Shown: positions 11,916 through 27,218, counted from the first letter of the stretch. The stretch: DNA of 64,000 bases from Octopus vulgaris (GCA_951406725.2 OX597816.1:50344001-50408000), one strand, 5' to 3'. Notes: a model not told the origin generated them from the letters alone. A program made the numbers and translations.

Positions 11916-14900
11916 ATGGGTGTTTGCATGTGTGTGTATGCACACGCATACACAGGTCGATAGATAGATAGATATCGATATAGATGTATATTGTTTCATG
12001 TTTCCTTTTAATTCAAAAATAAATATTAATATTTGTGAAATATTTTGGTATAAAACAAGCGTAAACTGAGAAGAAATCCTCTGGTATTGATTTTAGTTTT
12101 GTTTATTCATAATAGAAAATTGAATGGTGCCATCATACATTCAAAATTTCTTGAGATTTTGTACTATTTCAGTTAGCATTTAACCTCCATCGTATCACAT
12201 CACATTAGATGAATAACACTTCAGTGGAAAATTTATATTCTGATGTACGTCCAGAAATATTTTGACCGTCTATTTCATACATTGACCCATTCAATCCCTC
12301 AAGACCCTCACCTTGGATTTTAATTCCATATTTATAATAAATCATTTCAAAATAACTTTTGAATGTTTTGTTGTTAATCGTCTCAATTCTCATAAATACT
12401 TTTCGGAATAATCTGATATTTTCGCTGAATTTTAAGCCTGCGTGAAGTTTGATTCTAATCACTAAATTATGATACCCATTATATTTTCTGCGCAATTATA
12501 TTCTGTACTTTCGTAGAGGAAGAGAAATCTTCCCGCAGATCAAAGCTGGAACTATATTTATTTACCATCGTTCTTCCTTTCACTTCCTACGATATACACA
12601 TTGGCATTTTGACATTGTCTTCATAGTAAATGCTATATATCCACATGCCTGAATGATTTTTGCAACTCTTACCTTTCCCAATGACTTCGATATTTCTATC
12701 ACAATCTTGTAAACAAAACTTTGCATATACGAGATGCGCTGTGCAATTCATTCTTCGATACAAAACAAAGTAGATGCTTTAGTACAGCTCGCCTAATGTT
12801 CGCCGTAATGTACGGTGCTAAATAACGCGCACGTCTGATGGATTTTGTTTCAAAACTGAACAGATCCACCGGGAACGTTTTACTTATAACAAACGTATTT
12901 TGACTGACCATTTCCCTTTGACGTCCGACATAAAAATGGAACTGAAAAGTGATAGCGATTAAGTAATCGAACCGTGATATTGACGTCACGTGTTCTGTTC
13001 ACCGCCAGGGATCAAACGCCTGCTTTTACTCGTTTGTAATAATTATAGTTATTAATAAAATTATCACAAACGAAAATTTCAAATTTTCCTGCCAGACGTT
13101 GTACACGTGTTCACAGATTTTCTTATTTCTATTGTCATCGTCCTACTTTTACTTCTTAATCTCACTAAATTACACCTCATAATATGGTACACTGAAACAA
13201 AATATTCGGTGTGTGCGCCCTGGACTATACAGGACTGTGATTTCATACAGTCTCCGATCAAGTCAGAACGAATTCAGCTGTTCTCGTTATATCTGTATTT
13301 TGGTGCCTCCTTTCACAGAATGACGTTTTATAAATCACCGCTGTCTTATATTGTAAAGAAAAAAAATTAATTAAAACATTATGTTAAGCATACAAAACCT
13401 ATCCAATATTGTCCATCTTTCCCAAATGTTATTCCATCAGACATGAACCTCATTTGTGCATATTTAGCTTGAAATGAGCGCCCTTAATTTTCTTTATTTT
13501 ATTTTGTTTATGGAAATACATATAGGATTTATACAACACATTATATCGCACATTGATGCATATTCACACGTTACTATTAACTTATAACTCAAAATCTAAT
13601 CATATTCTACTCGCACCGATTTCAATGAAAATGTGTTATACTCTAAGAAATATCATGACGCCTGCAAAAACCCAGAACTTCTCATTCTTGACTGTAACAT
13701 CTTCCAATCTATTGCGAGCTCACTAATATTCCCATGCAAAATGACGCCAATTTGAAGAACCAGTGATGTAGGGGAACATCCTAATTTCAAGTATGCCTTT
13801 CAGTAAACGTTCCGGGTAGACGCTTTAATCACAATACTGAATAACCATATAATTTAGATTCAAATATTGCCACCACTATAAAATGGTTAAAATCGCCAGA
13901 ACGATCTAATCTCTCTAAATCAGACATATTATGTATCACTGATCAAACAAAAAAGTGTTTTCGATAAAGACTGGAATTACTATTTATATATTTCTCGCCA
14001 TCTTATTGAACATGATCTTGTTTTACATACAAGGCATTGAAGTTAGATAAAAACAAATTAATTTCTCACATCAGGGCGGGTGATATCAGTTGCATGAACT
14101 TCGTGATCAAAGATATTTATCGAAATGTGACTGGCGCCAGTAATGTCAATGGCTAACAAATTTAGAAGTGTGACGATCGTGTTTTTAATTATAACAATTC
14201 GTATGAAAACGGATTATCTACGGATACAAATCAAAAGACTCAAAAATCTCAATTTTCCAATCTTTTCTTTGCTGCTTACGCTTAAAAAAATTAACGCAAG
14301 AGAAGCATCATGCATGTTTTAGATAAAATGTTTGATATAATTTCTATAAGTTAATAGGTCGCAGTAATAAATTACATAATATTCCTTCAAGAAGGAGGGT
14401 TGGAATTTTGATATATTACTACTGCAAATAAGAATCTAAATGGAATCTAAATTATAAGAAAAAATATTAAATTAAATAGGTAAAGTTTTATGAGTTATGA
14501 GAATATTTTCTTTCTCTTCTCAATATGAGCTTGTTTCATATGCGTATTTTCTTTCAAAATTTATTTTAATTTTTACATTTATGCAAATGAAAGTTGCCAA
14601 TGATAGTGGCAAGTCTCTTTTCTTTAAGTCAAGAAAGCTTTTGTGGTTTGTAGTTGTATGTGGTTTGCATATATGTATGTATATTCTTATTAATGTATGT
14701 AAGTTTAACATGCAGATAGAAACAATTTGCAATTATTTTGTATTTTACTGCATCCATTCTCCCCAACAAACGGCTTTACACTTAACTTTCAGTACTTTAT
14801 TACTATTGAGATGAGATAAGGATGTGCAACGCTTATATCATCTACAGACACAATCACAGACAGTAACAGAATTTGAAAGAATATATTAAGTAAGTAGTCG

Positions 14901-17900
14901 ATACAGTGCTGCATTGCAGTTGTGTAGGGGAAATGTACAGGAATTTTCTCCATCATTCTGTGAAAAAGATTAGTTGAAGATACTAAGTTTGATAAGAAAT
15001 ATTTTTCGCCGAACGTAAATCCACCTCATTAATTGCTAGAACAAAATTATCGTTGTGAACGCGCATGAATCGTATATTGTTGAATATAAAAAAAGAGTAT
15101 ACACAAGTAGATCTTGTGATTAATTAGCCAACGGTCAACCTGCATTGATTTCTTCATTTAATATAAGCAAGCATGCTTCTAGATTAAAATAAAGATATAG
15201 ATGTACAGCTCATTTAATTTATAAGAACAGAAAAAGACACTTTTGTTTGTATTCCACTTCCTGATGCTTTCTGTTATTTTAATGTGTTTTTTTTTTTTTA
15301 AGTCTTAACAGAAATTGTGCGATATAATAATACTGAACCTATCCTTGAAATTAATTGGCAAACAAAATTGCATTTGTACTCTGTGCTAATACTAATTTAT
15401 TGTGACAATATAAAATAAATGATCAACATATTTTCCTCCTTTACAACACCTAATTTTTTCTTTTCTTTGACAGTTATTCTTAGAGAAAACACAAAACTCG
15501 TTGATGTGGCAATAATATTTCGCTATTATTGCTTATTATAATACATACGTTCATTGCATAGATACTTATTACTTAATAGTTAACATCATTTCTCAATATA
15601 CACAGGCAGCACAAAAATAAAGATTCCCTCAGTTTGTAAGTAATAAGCGAAAGTTCTCCAAAATATTGAGGAGCTTGATTTCATTTTATCCTCTGCAGCA
15701 TATTGAAAGAGGGCTATGATCCGGTGCCTGAAATTGCTCTCGGTATATTAGTGCAGTAGAGGAATATTATTTTCCTAAACATATCATAGAAATAGTGGTT
15801 ATACAGGCATGAAACTCACAATAAATTTCTTCGAGAGAGAAAAAATAGAGGAGCACAATCAATTTCCAACGGTACTGGCGATATGATGAAAGAATATCTT
15901 AGTAGCACCATTGTTAACTTAGGAAAACTGATTTAATTCACTCTTCTATACACCTATGTTGATTATTCTTCTACTTCTAGGAATACCGGCTTGATCATGT
16001 GCCTTAATCTACAGCTTTCCAGTTGTCGTTTCAGTATCGTGGGCCCTTACCTCTTGCAACTATCTAATAAATCAGAAACATGCAAGAAATATTAGATCAT
16101 ATAAAATTAAAATCTTACCTAAATATTTTAAAACAATAATGATAAGCATTTCATCATCAACTACGCCATCCTATAGTAAAGTAGAATATAAAACTAGTGG
16201 TGTTCTCTGCCTTGGCAAAATATAATGTAAAGAATTGAAGCAATGAAATATAGTTGAACATCTTAGGAAAATAAAGGCGTTTAATGCTTCTGAAATACTC
16301 TTATCTGTCGATCGAATGATTTACCTGAAACATTGCAGTTGCTGCCTTGCGGCTTAAGATATATTTCACTGTTTGAATTATTTATATAGTCTTTTACCTG
16401 AAATCACGATAGAAGATCATAGTTGGAAAGCTTTTGATCAGAATCCTCCTTAATCAGAGCTGATATGACTGTAAACAACAATAGAAATATCAGCTACAAT
16501 CTCCTACACCATCTTACTTCTTATTCCCAAACATCCCACCGTTTTGGAATTATCAAAATCTGTGTGCTAGATGATTGAAAGAAAGGATTGCCATGCTTCA
16601 TATCGTATTCATTGTGGCACTTAGTCATTACGTTTTATGTTCTAATAGCTAATCTTACCGAGTTAACTTTGCATTTCTTCCACAATGTTAGCAAAATATC
16701 AGTCAAGTATTAAAGATTATGTCACCCTACCGCAAATTTGAGATATTTTACCAAGTATACAAGTTACTTGTAGTATCTGAAATCAAAGCCTAACATAAAA
16801 TTCATAAACATGAAACATCTGTTTTATAACATGCTTAGTTCTGTCGTGATACAGCTTATCTCCATATTGGCCCGTTTTGAGCGCATTACACATCAGTCAT
16901 TCCAGCTATTAGATTACCGTAATCATGTTGTCAGTATGCTTCACCGTAATCAAGGCATACTATCAAAATGTTGTCGGTATGTCTTCGTTCTGCCTCAGCT
17001 TCTGGTCACCATGCTACCAGCATACACATACAATGCCATTAGCCTACTATTACTATGCTATGAGCAAAGGTTGACCTTGTTTTCAGTAATGACTGTTCAT
17101 GGCTTCACCATGTCTTTAGAATGCGGTCAGTAATCCGTCTTTGCCTTCATTATTTCAGTCCTTGTATACACATTTTATAGACTAATTTTTTTCTTGCAGA
17201 TTAGGCAAGAGCTTACATAAATCCTTGTTGGGGAGCCACGGAAGTTCATTATTTTCCTTTATTTTTAAGCGCTGCTGGGATTAACTTCGTCTGTACTACG
17301 CAATCACTTATTTCGTTCCAAATGACAGTTTTTCTCCTAGAAACTTTAGCTTTTCAACAGATGAAAATTACGTTATAATATACTCTCGACTGAATATCGG
17401 TATAGTTTTATTATAGCATATTTAAAATGTTATTACATTATATACATGACTACTTTTAAAATGTATAAGTGATTTCACTTATGTAAATTCATGACAGAAG
17501 TGAATTAATTTTCCACTTCGCTCACTATTTCATTTGTATTGCAACATTAAGACTTTCATTTACACCCTCATATAAAATGCGCTAAAATGTAGCTGTACCT
17601 GGAGACATACACAGTAGCAATTAGTAAATAACAATTGACGGTTGTGCCTTGCTTCAATACTATTACGGACAACTTTCGTGTGTCTAGTATGTAAGATAAA
17701 TGATTTATACGCCGGACAGATACAACAAATTCGTTTCTACTTTATTTGGGAAAGGAACATGTCTTTGGAGGTTCAGTTGCTTGTCATTATCAAAACTTTC
17801 TGAATGTGAATGATCGCCGCACGTATGGCTATAGCGGTATAACTTAATCTCAGTAAACACCATAAAGATGAGGAATACAACAGAGAGAGAGAGGAATCGT

Positions 17901-18130
17901 AATTGACAGCGTGAGTAAAATAGGGAATATGTGTAGTTCCCTGAAAGAACCTATACTGCTCAACTCACTATATAATCGAGATTCATTTCATTTCTGTGAT
18001 GCAACAGCTTAAATTTCAATGACGATGTTCTACAAATTGAATAAACTCATTCTGTTTTACTTCACATTTGTACAGTATTCTAAAGTGCTGTCCTATTGGT
18101 AAATGAAGATAATCTTATCTATGATATAAA

Positions 18131-18640
18131 TTGTTTGGACAAGATTTGACAGTTTTCAAACAAGGAAAACAAAACACTATATCACATCTAAAAATAAAAA
18201 TATCTTTAAAAATTGGAAAATATAAACTAGGTTATCATTGGGAGTTAATATTTTACTTAATGTACTCGACCTCAGCCTGCACCTCCACCACCAACTCAAG
18301 TCGGTTCCGGGCCGTGTTGCATGTGTTCTTTCCCATTTACCTGGACGATCTTGGCTATCAACTTGGCAATGGTGTTTCAGGTTGGGAAGGTGGTGCATTT
18401 CTCAACAGTGCCCCGCGCATAGTAACCCATGATACTATTATCAAAGGTATAAGTGCCCAGAAGTTTGAGGCGTGTGAAGTTTTAAAAATTTCCCGACAAC
18501 CATTTCTGACTCTTTCCGTAAGTATGGTAAATAGTGAAATCAAGATGCCACACGTATGGCCTTCCAGGAAGAAACCCATCTAACAACGAACTGGCCAGAA
18601 TCCAAAACAGCTTCACATAATCGTCTGAATTGAGCCTAAA
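18131..18640 (-). mobile_element. Tc1/mariner (maT/DD37D-like) transposase 3' relic with terminal region
   Basis: Minus strand reads LRLNSDDYVKL...GRPYVWHLDFTIYHTYGKSQKWLSGNF*NFT...IMGYYARGTVEK, a decayed version of the QQDSAPCH...SQKWL...PDCNPMDYYVWG catalytic C-terminus. Confidence 0.75.
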
Positions 18641-18687
18641 TTACTGTTTAAAGGTATAGCACTGAACACCGGGATGCGAGTGAAGTC

Positions 18688-19125
18688 AGTATTCTATAAA
18701 ATAAAGTTGCGAGTATTTCAAAATATGCATTCGATCGGCATTCGATCGACGACATCAGAAGACCAATATCCATCGACCTGGGGCTTAGCGTCTATTTCTA
18801 GCCGACGCCTTGTTATAATTATTTTTAAATAATTTTATTTATAGTTATAAAATAATTTCGAAAATGTACCTATGAGGTATTTATTTCTGGTAGTATTATA
18901 ATTGATTTTACACCATATCAAAATTAATATTTGAATAGATTTACTCCACGATCGAAACTACTTTTACTGCAGTCTAGATCTTAACACACAACACGTGGGT
19001 ACAAAAAGGGGATGTGAATTATACATGGCGGGATATTTTTGAGAGTGTGGGTGGATATTGGCCATCCGATGTCGCCGATCGTATGCATATTTTAAAATAC
19101 TCGCAAATTTATCTTATAGAATACT
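18688..19125. mobile_element. MITE-like element with about 75-85 bp terminal inverted repeats
   Basis: agtattctataaaataaagttgcgagtatttcaaaatatgcat...ccaatatcca (18688-18772) is an imperfect reverse complement of 19052-19125. Confidence 0.7.
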
Positions 19126-19442
19126 TCTGCTGATGATACCAATAAGTGAAATATATAAATTATACTTCTAGCTTGAAATTCGATCGGGTACGGAGTTAAC
19201 CAACTTTGTTGATTCATTCTTTCTCTTTTGCTTACCTACAATATGATGTGTTATTTGTCGGAGATTTTAAGCTGGTAATAGACGCTTTAGCTTTTATTCC
19301 TAGCGGTGCGTGGTGATGTGTAATGCCGACACCTTGTTATAATTATCTATATAATCATAAAATATTTTATAAAATGTACCTATGTTGATTGTAGATTTTA
19401 TTTCAGCACTGACTACCTGGTAAGTTCATTACTGATTTTGAT

Positions 19443-19720
<278 letters not shown>

Positions 19721-19846
19721 AACATATACATAATCGTCAGAAGTAACAATGTAACTAAAAGTTCTGAGAGTATTGTGTCAGCAGCTTTTGCGTTCTATTT
19801 CATTGTTTATAACAATAAACTTACATGCACACGTTATGCGTGTATG

Positions 19847-19880
<34 letters not shown>

Positions 19881-20905
19881 TGTATGTATGTATGTATGTA
19901 TGTATGTATGTATGTATGTATGTAGTCAGCCTACTTATGGTATTTGATTTGTCAAACTTTAATTAAGTACCAGTAATCTTAGTCCTCCTTGTTGAGCTGT
20001 AGGTTGCCCGGCTGAGTTGTTTTATAAACCGATCTTATTTTGTTGTGTTTCTTTTATTTTATTTTCGATGTCTATGCTGATCAATGCGTCTTTTCTCTAT
20101 TTAATATTTTGATTGTTCAATTTAGAAATATCGAAACGTAGAAACGGGTTAATTCTATCTGGTGGAGCGAACGAGAACAGCAATTTCTTGCTCTTTGTGT
20201 GACTTTCGCCACACATACATTCACACGTCGAATTTATATCTGCCTTCACTTTGGCACGGGAGATTCGTATACAAAATCCAATTTAATATTGAAACGGAAC
20301 GCTTAAATATCTCAGAAACTATAGAAGTATCAGCTGAAAATTAAATAAACAGGTCTTTGAAATGGTTGACTTGTTAAAATTCTTTCAAATCCTCTACCAA
20401 TATGAAACTTGCGATCGAAGTATAATCTCCTACGTCGATTTAATCCATCTCTATAAATCGATGATATGATATTAATTTAGAATATTTCCATCTGAGGATT
20501 CGGAAAATATGACAGACTAGTAATAAAGCGACGATCAGAAAGAAACAGCTGTGACAAAATGTGCGTATTATATATGACTGTTATTTACACTTTGTTATTG
20601 GATCGGCGAAGAGCGACCATCGCAAATAAATAAAAAAGATAAATAAATAAATAAATAAATGCATTGTGTTATTTCGTCTGATTCATTACATTCTGCGTTC
20701 AAATCCAAACATAGCCAACTTTAGTTTTCATACAATCTAGATTAATAAAGGAAGTACCAGTCAAATACTTTGGCCGGTTCAGTCACGTACTTCACCCACT
20801 AAATTTGTGTTGGGAGTGATGCCTGCAAGAAACAACTAAGTAGTGGTGTTGAATGAATATTCTTCTAATATAACGAATTAAATTGGAAATTGTGTATTGT
20901 TTCAA

Positions 20906-21227
20906 CATATTGGATGGAAGCACTCCGTCGGTTACGACGACGAGGGTTCCGGTTAATCCGATCAACGGAACAGCCTGCTCGTGAAATTAACGTGTAAGTG
21001 GCTGAGCACTCCGCAGACACGTGTACCCTTAACGTAGTTCTCGGGGATATTTAGCGTGACACAGAGAGTGACAATGCCAGCCCTTTGAAATACAGGTACA
21101 ACAGAAACAGGAAGTAGGAGTGAGAGAAGGTTGTGGTGAAAGAGTAAGGCAGGGATCACCACTATTCCCTGCCGGAGCCTCGTGGAGCTTTTAGGTGTTT
21201 TCGCTCAATAAACACTCACAACGCCCA
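20906..21227 (-). mobile_element. SINE sharing the family C body but with a different 3' tail (head truncated)
   Basis: The reverse complement begins gggcgttgtgagtgtttattgagcg...gaggctccggcaggg as at 11393, then diverges. Confidence 0.75.
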
Positions 21228-21290
21228 CAAAATGCACAAAAAAGCTACACGTTTGCATTATGTTATATATACAATAATAATAAAGCACGT

Positions 21291-21457
21291 TACCGTATAC
21301 CTTTTTACAAACCAAGGACGTTATATAGACCTTCTTGACTCATGTTAGAGATGGGGTGCGTATTATACACATGGTTTAGGTCTTTCAGAGGTACAGTCCC
21401 CTAAAAATCCCCTCCGTAATATACTCAACGGCGGACTATACTCGAGGATTTACGGTA
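21291..21457. mobile_element. Tc2/pogo-type MITE
   Basis: Ends TACCGTA...TACGGTA with internal tatactc/tatacac subterminal motifs. The right end is intact and the left is degenerate. Confidence 0.55.
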
Positions 21458-22551
21458 AGTGGTGTAAATCAGCGAAATGCCGAATATGTAGAAGCAGAGT
21501 ATCACGTAGACGCTATATAATACTTATGTATTCATTGCTTTGTACTATTGCCGTAGCATAGATTCCGGCTTGTGAGCATGGATTCAGACACATTGAAATT
21601 CAGCGAATGTTTGAAATTGTTGAATGATAAAAGTCTCCAAAAAACTGTTGCTTGCCTCATCAAGTAAGTCTACATTTGAAGATCAATATGTCGAAATACT
21701 CGCGGAAATCTGAACTACTATATTGCTGGTTGATGATATTCATGATTTGGCTTCCATATTGTCTACAAATTAGTAATCTTGTCTTGAGTAATAAATAAAT
21801 AGTCTTCTTTGCAGTTTGAAAGTTCCATTTCACGCTGTTCGCCCAGAGCAATCTATGGTATAATTTGATTTTGTTTACTTAGAATTAACACAGATTTTCA
21901 TTATCAGTCTAGTTAGTATTCATATATGGGTCCTGTGGGCGTTTTCCTTCACTTTATCACACTGCAAATTTGATGCATTTTATAGGAGTTTATATTTGTA
22001 CTTTTCGTCGTATATTATGTGAAATAGGCCTAAGCGATAATAAAATATAATATTATTGCCCTGAAAACCTTTTAATCTCTCCACATTACTCGAAACATTT
22101 GGAAAAGAATTTAGTATTTTCTTTGAACTAATCAAAAGCTACTTGCTGGACCCGTGACAAATTTACGGAAAACATAAAAAATGTAAGCATCTGTAAACAG
22201 GGTACTAGTGCCATGAGAAATGCTTGTATATTATGATCATCTGTCTTTACGTTCTGAGTTCAAATTCGACTTTTACTTTCGTAGTCTGGAGCTTGATATA
22301 TTAAGTACCAGTTGTGTAGTGATTCGATAAATTCAACTAGCCGCCTCCCCACAAAAATTGCAGGCCTAGAAAAGTATATTGTGACAGTTATAGAATATAC
22401 AAAATAATGTAACACCATATAATCAAACTATATAATCCAACCAAAATGTCTCAGTTACACAAACGTAAATGGAATTACTATTTAACTTTAGAATACATCG
22501 TAGATATCCACAGAACCTTCTTCGTTTAGTGGTACAGAACGTTAATCTGGT

Positions 22552-22770
22552 ATTCTTTTATTCTTTTACATGTTTCAGTCATTTGACGGTGGCCATAATG
22601 GAGCACCACCCTTTAGTCGAATAAATTGACCCCTGGACATGTTCCCTGTAAACCTGGTGCTTATTCTATCAGTCTCTTATACAGAACAGCTAAATTACAG
22701 AGATGCAAATGCACCAACATCGGTGTGAACCAATGGTGGTGGTGGGGCAAACACAGACACGAAAACACAC
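22552..22770 (-). mobile_element. SINE family A, 3' part, diverged
   Basis: tgtttcagtcatttgac...ggagcaccaccctttagtcga...ttattctatc matches the reverse complement of the family A tail. Confidence 0.75.
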
Positions 22771-23257
22771 CCACATACATACTTAAATACATACATACAT
22801 ATATACATACACACATACAGAAATATATATTATGTGTGTGTGTGTTTCAGTATGTGTGTGCATATATGTGTATGTTTGTATGTAAATGATTGTGCACTGG
22901 ATCTCTCTCGGCATGCCAATAGATATCCAGGGCACAATCATATACGTGCACGCATACACGTACATGCACACAAATACACAAACACGTATCTAGAGAGACA
23001 GACAGTATAATTTGTGTCGATGTATTCAGTTGAAGTTGAGGTACATGTAATTATACAAAATATTGACGGCGGGCAAATTTATGTTAGTCACGCCATTCTG
23101 ACAACCTGTTACGTTGATAAATACCTACCTACCAGCCTACCTATCTACCTACCGAACGATTTACGTACCTACCTACATGCCTGCCTACCTACCTACCTAC
23201 CTACCTACCTACCTACCTACCTACCTACATACATACATACATACATACATACATACA

Positions 23258-23291
<34 letters not shown>

Positions 23292-23688
23292 CACATATAC
23301 ATACGTACATTCATAATGACCTGATATAATAATTTGGGGTAGAGAATAGAAACTGTGCACAGTTGTGGAAATTAGCTACCCAGCAGATGTTAACGTTAAG
23401 ATCAGTGAAAAATATACTGAACTATTGAGAAGTCTAAAGTTACTCCATCAAGTTCAGGTTTATAATTATTGGGGCCATGGGATATGTAACACACTGCCTA
23501 AATAAATATCAATCTTGATGAATTAGGTTTCTCAAAATCGGAATGGAGAAAGCTAATTCGAAGCCTACAGATCCAATCCATCGCTTGAACTGCATAATTT
23601 GTCAAAATTTCCCGGAGTTTATCATTTAAATGCATACGAGCATGTCTAGATATGCAACTGTATGCATGAGAATACATACATAAAACAT

Positions 23689-23791
<103 letters not shown>

Positions 23792-24221
23792 TATCTATGC
23801 GCCGACACATGCGCACATGCACATATTTTACACAAATATATACATATACGTCTACTGAAGAGATAGTGATGAATTACTGTATTCTTGAAAAAAGTTCTTT
23901 AAGCATTGTTTACAAGCCTATGTATATATTATATGTTTAACATTAAGTAAACCAGAGAACTTCTGTGAGAACAGCCGTCATCAATCACTAATAAAACGAA
24001 ATTGTAATCCACAGTTTGTTTGAAGCGTCAGAATTACCGGAATGTAACGAACAGCAATCACAAATGGAAGAGGAAGGAGACTATGAGGTTTATGAATACT
24101 CTATGTAGGTCTCCATTTTCGTTATAGTAGTTTTCATAAAAATATGTCACCACAAATCCACCATGTGGAGTGGGCAAGCGTAGTCTATATAGTGTGAAGA
24201 TAACAGGGTCAACATTCTTAT

Positions 24222-24632
24222 TTGATTATTGCCCACAAGGGGCTAAATATAGAAGGGACAAAGAAGGACAGACAAAGGGATTAGTCGATTACATCGACCC
24301 CAGTGCATAACTGGTACCTAATTTATCGACCTCGAAAGGATGAAAGGCAAAGTCGACCGCGGCGGAATTTGAACTCAGAACGTAACGGCAGGCGAAAAAC
24401 CTATTTCTTTACTACCCACAAGGGGCTAAACACAGAGGAGACAAACAAGGACAGACAGACGGATTAAGCCGTTTATATCGACCCCAGTGCGTAACTGGTA
24501 CTTAATTTATCGATCCCGAAAGAATTAAAGGCAAAGTCGACCTCGGCGGAATTTGAACTCAGAACGTACCGGCAGGCGAAATACCGATAAGCATTTCGCC
24601 GGCGTGCTAACGATTCTACCCGCTCGCCGCCT
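24222..24632 (-). mobile_element. SINE family B tandem dimer
   Basis: Two head-to-tail units of about 180-230 bp (24222-24398 and 24400-24632), each with cccacaaggggctaaa...ggcggaatttgaactcagaacgta. Confidence 0.9.
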
Positions 24633-26294
24633 TCATTCTGTTGAAAACTTGTATAGAAAATCACTTCTGAAATTGTATTGACTGCAATCAGAAAAGTGAT
24701 ATTAGAAATCATTTCCTCTTTTTCGGGCATAACTGTAGGCTGCCATGACTAAACACCATAAACTATGAATTTTACCGAGTACTAGCAGAGTAGAGGAACA
24801 CTAGAGATGAAATTAATCACTTTGAAATATAAAGCTGAAGATCAAGAGGTGACCACTGTTACACAATGGCCTTGGGATCGATTTAAAATGTCTATACTTT
24901 CCAAACAAAACTATACCAGCCTCAACGAAGAAGACATGTACAAAATAAATGTATTTACATCCTTACATATAAAACCCATGATAAAACTTCAGCCTACAGT
25001 AATTCTTCAGAGATTATAATTTCTAATGAATGGTTTGACTGATTAAGAGACTGACCTGGTGCTTTCGGTATATGACCTGCAACTCTACTAAATGTTTTCC
25101 GCTGGTTCTTCGATGTCACGTTTGCAGTAGTATGTCATTCGCTTCTGCGTGTAACAGAAAACACCTAACAAAGACAACCACTGTCATGTTTAAACTGTTG
25201 TTTATGTAAAGTCGAAATAATTATTTTAATCTAGACATCGCTCCTTTCTTTTGCTTGATTGGCAAACCACAACCATTGACAAAAAGAATCAACTGTTATA
25301 AACGAAGACTGTGTCACCGATCTAATGAACAGCACACTTTTAAGTGGAGCCTGTAAATTTACATAGAGCGTGCATACACCATCGTAATCAATCATCTGAG
25401 AAGATGGTCAGGTTCACTTTAGGTCAAAAAGTTGATGAACGAATAGCACAAGTTTCGAATTGCTGCGTTTGAATGGAGTGAAATAGGAATTTAACCATCA
25501 AAAAAGAGAACAATCTATTCTTGAATTTGAAGCAGATAACGGCTATACTTATAATAAATATGGAAACTATATAACGTTTTATGAAACTGCAGAATAAAAC
25601 AGCATTCACAAATATTTAAAAAGAGAAAATTATGCTGAAAGACAATAGATAATTTCAAGCAATATTCAAGACAACTGAAAGAGAGAAATATACAGAAATC
25701 TTCTGTTCACAATTATGCGCATTGTTTCCGGATATGTAGGACAGCAGACGAGATACTCTCACCGTACAAGAATCCTCGAAAGTGGACATATCTGTAAAGA
25801 AAATGAAAGATTGTTTTCTAGACATAAGTGAATAGTCGTGTGATGAGCTTTTCCTTCAATAGTAGTCATCAGGATGACAATTGTTGAACTGTATCTGCAG
25901 TAGCCGAAGCAGCACCATTTTGGCATGCACAGTTTCCATTATTTGACTATAATAAAACATTAAACGCAAAGATCTCGGTGACTAGTGGCATGTATATCGA
26001 GAACATAGACATATACGGGCAAGTATATACGCATAATATAAATTCTGGTTGTATTAAAATCCTCTCTACGTTTGTAGGATGTGTCACGACAGAGAGAGTG
26101 GAACGTTTCTACCATTGTCCAGAAAATAATCATGCCTAATTCCTTTTTCCATCGTGGTGGGTCAGATTTGGAGAATTCCTGATTCTGCCCTTCTCAGAAT
26201 AGGCTGGTCTCATTTGTCATTTCGTAACAGTAAAATTTCCACAGCGAATGAAAATAATTTCAATCAATAGAAATAATTCTGTATTTGTTTTTAT

Positions 26295-26377
<83 letters not shown>

Positions 26378-26938
26378 ATACACACACAGAGTCACAAATT
26401 TGGTCATCACTCTTATTGCAAAGGAGAGATGAAAACTTAGCGGAGTTATAATCAAGCCTTGTCACTGAATCGAAAAACGAGTGGCGCAACAGAAGAAGTA
26501 ATAATGAAAAATAGCAATCCACGTAATATTCTCATTGCAAATACAAGTCCAACATATAACTTAACTGCGGTATTCGACCGGAGTTTGTATCTCTTATGAG
26601 CCGGCTCTGTTAAAAAACTAAAACATAAAGCTAGCAGACGAAAATCATTCAACAATAATGGTACGGATTTTAGAAAAGCATTTATACCATTTTAGAATCT
26701 GTCATTTGCAAGTAATCATAGTTTGCATACTAATACAAGATGATATATCATTAAGGATGGATCTTTTCAGCATAAGGAACCTGCTACTATCACAGCCTCA
26801 AAAAAAAAAAAATAAAATAAAATCCTAGGATTCTCACTACCGCTAGATGAAGATCGGCTTCTGATATATTTATGGTATTTGAAACAGTGCATCTATATTT
26901 TGGCTTTTCAGGAGGCACTTTCTTTAAGTATTACAAAC

Positions 26939-27066
26939 AAAAAAAATTCCTTCTTCAGATATCCTTAGATGGAGTCGCTGCTATCATCGGTTTTTCCAAC
27001 GGCCTTTTAGAAAACCGATGATAGCAGCGACTCCATCTAAGGATATCTGAAGAAGGAATTTTTTTT
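26939..27066. repeat. Perfect 56-bp inverted repeat with a 16-nt loop
   Basis: 26939-26994 is the exact reverse complement of 27011-27066. Confidence 0.95.
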
Positions 27067-27163
27067 CGAAATATCATCAGACTATGGATGACTAAATTAC
27101 AACAGGTAAATAGCCCATTGTTTGTATTATAGTGCATTGTTGTACCATTCAGAACTTTTTATG

Positions 27164-27218
<55 letters not shown>

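Noticed and set aside
16810-17133. 107-aa non-repetitive ORF
   Set aside because: No domain motif and no supporting splice or promoter context; within chance expectation.
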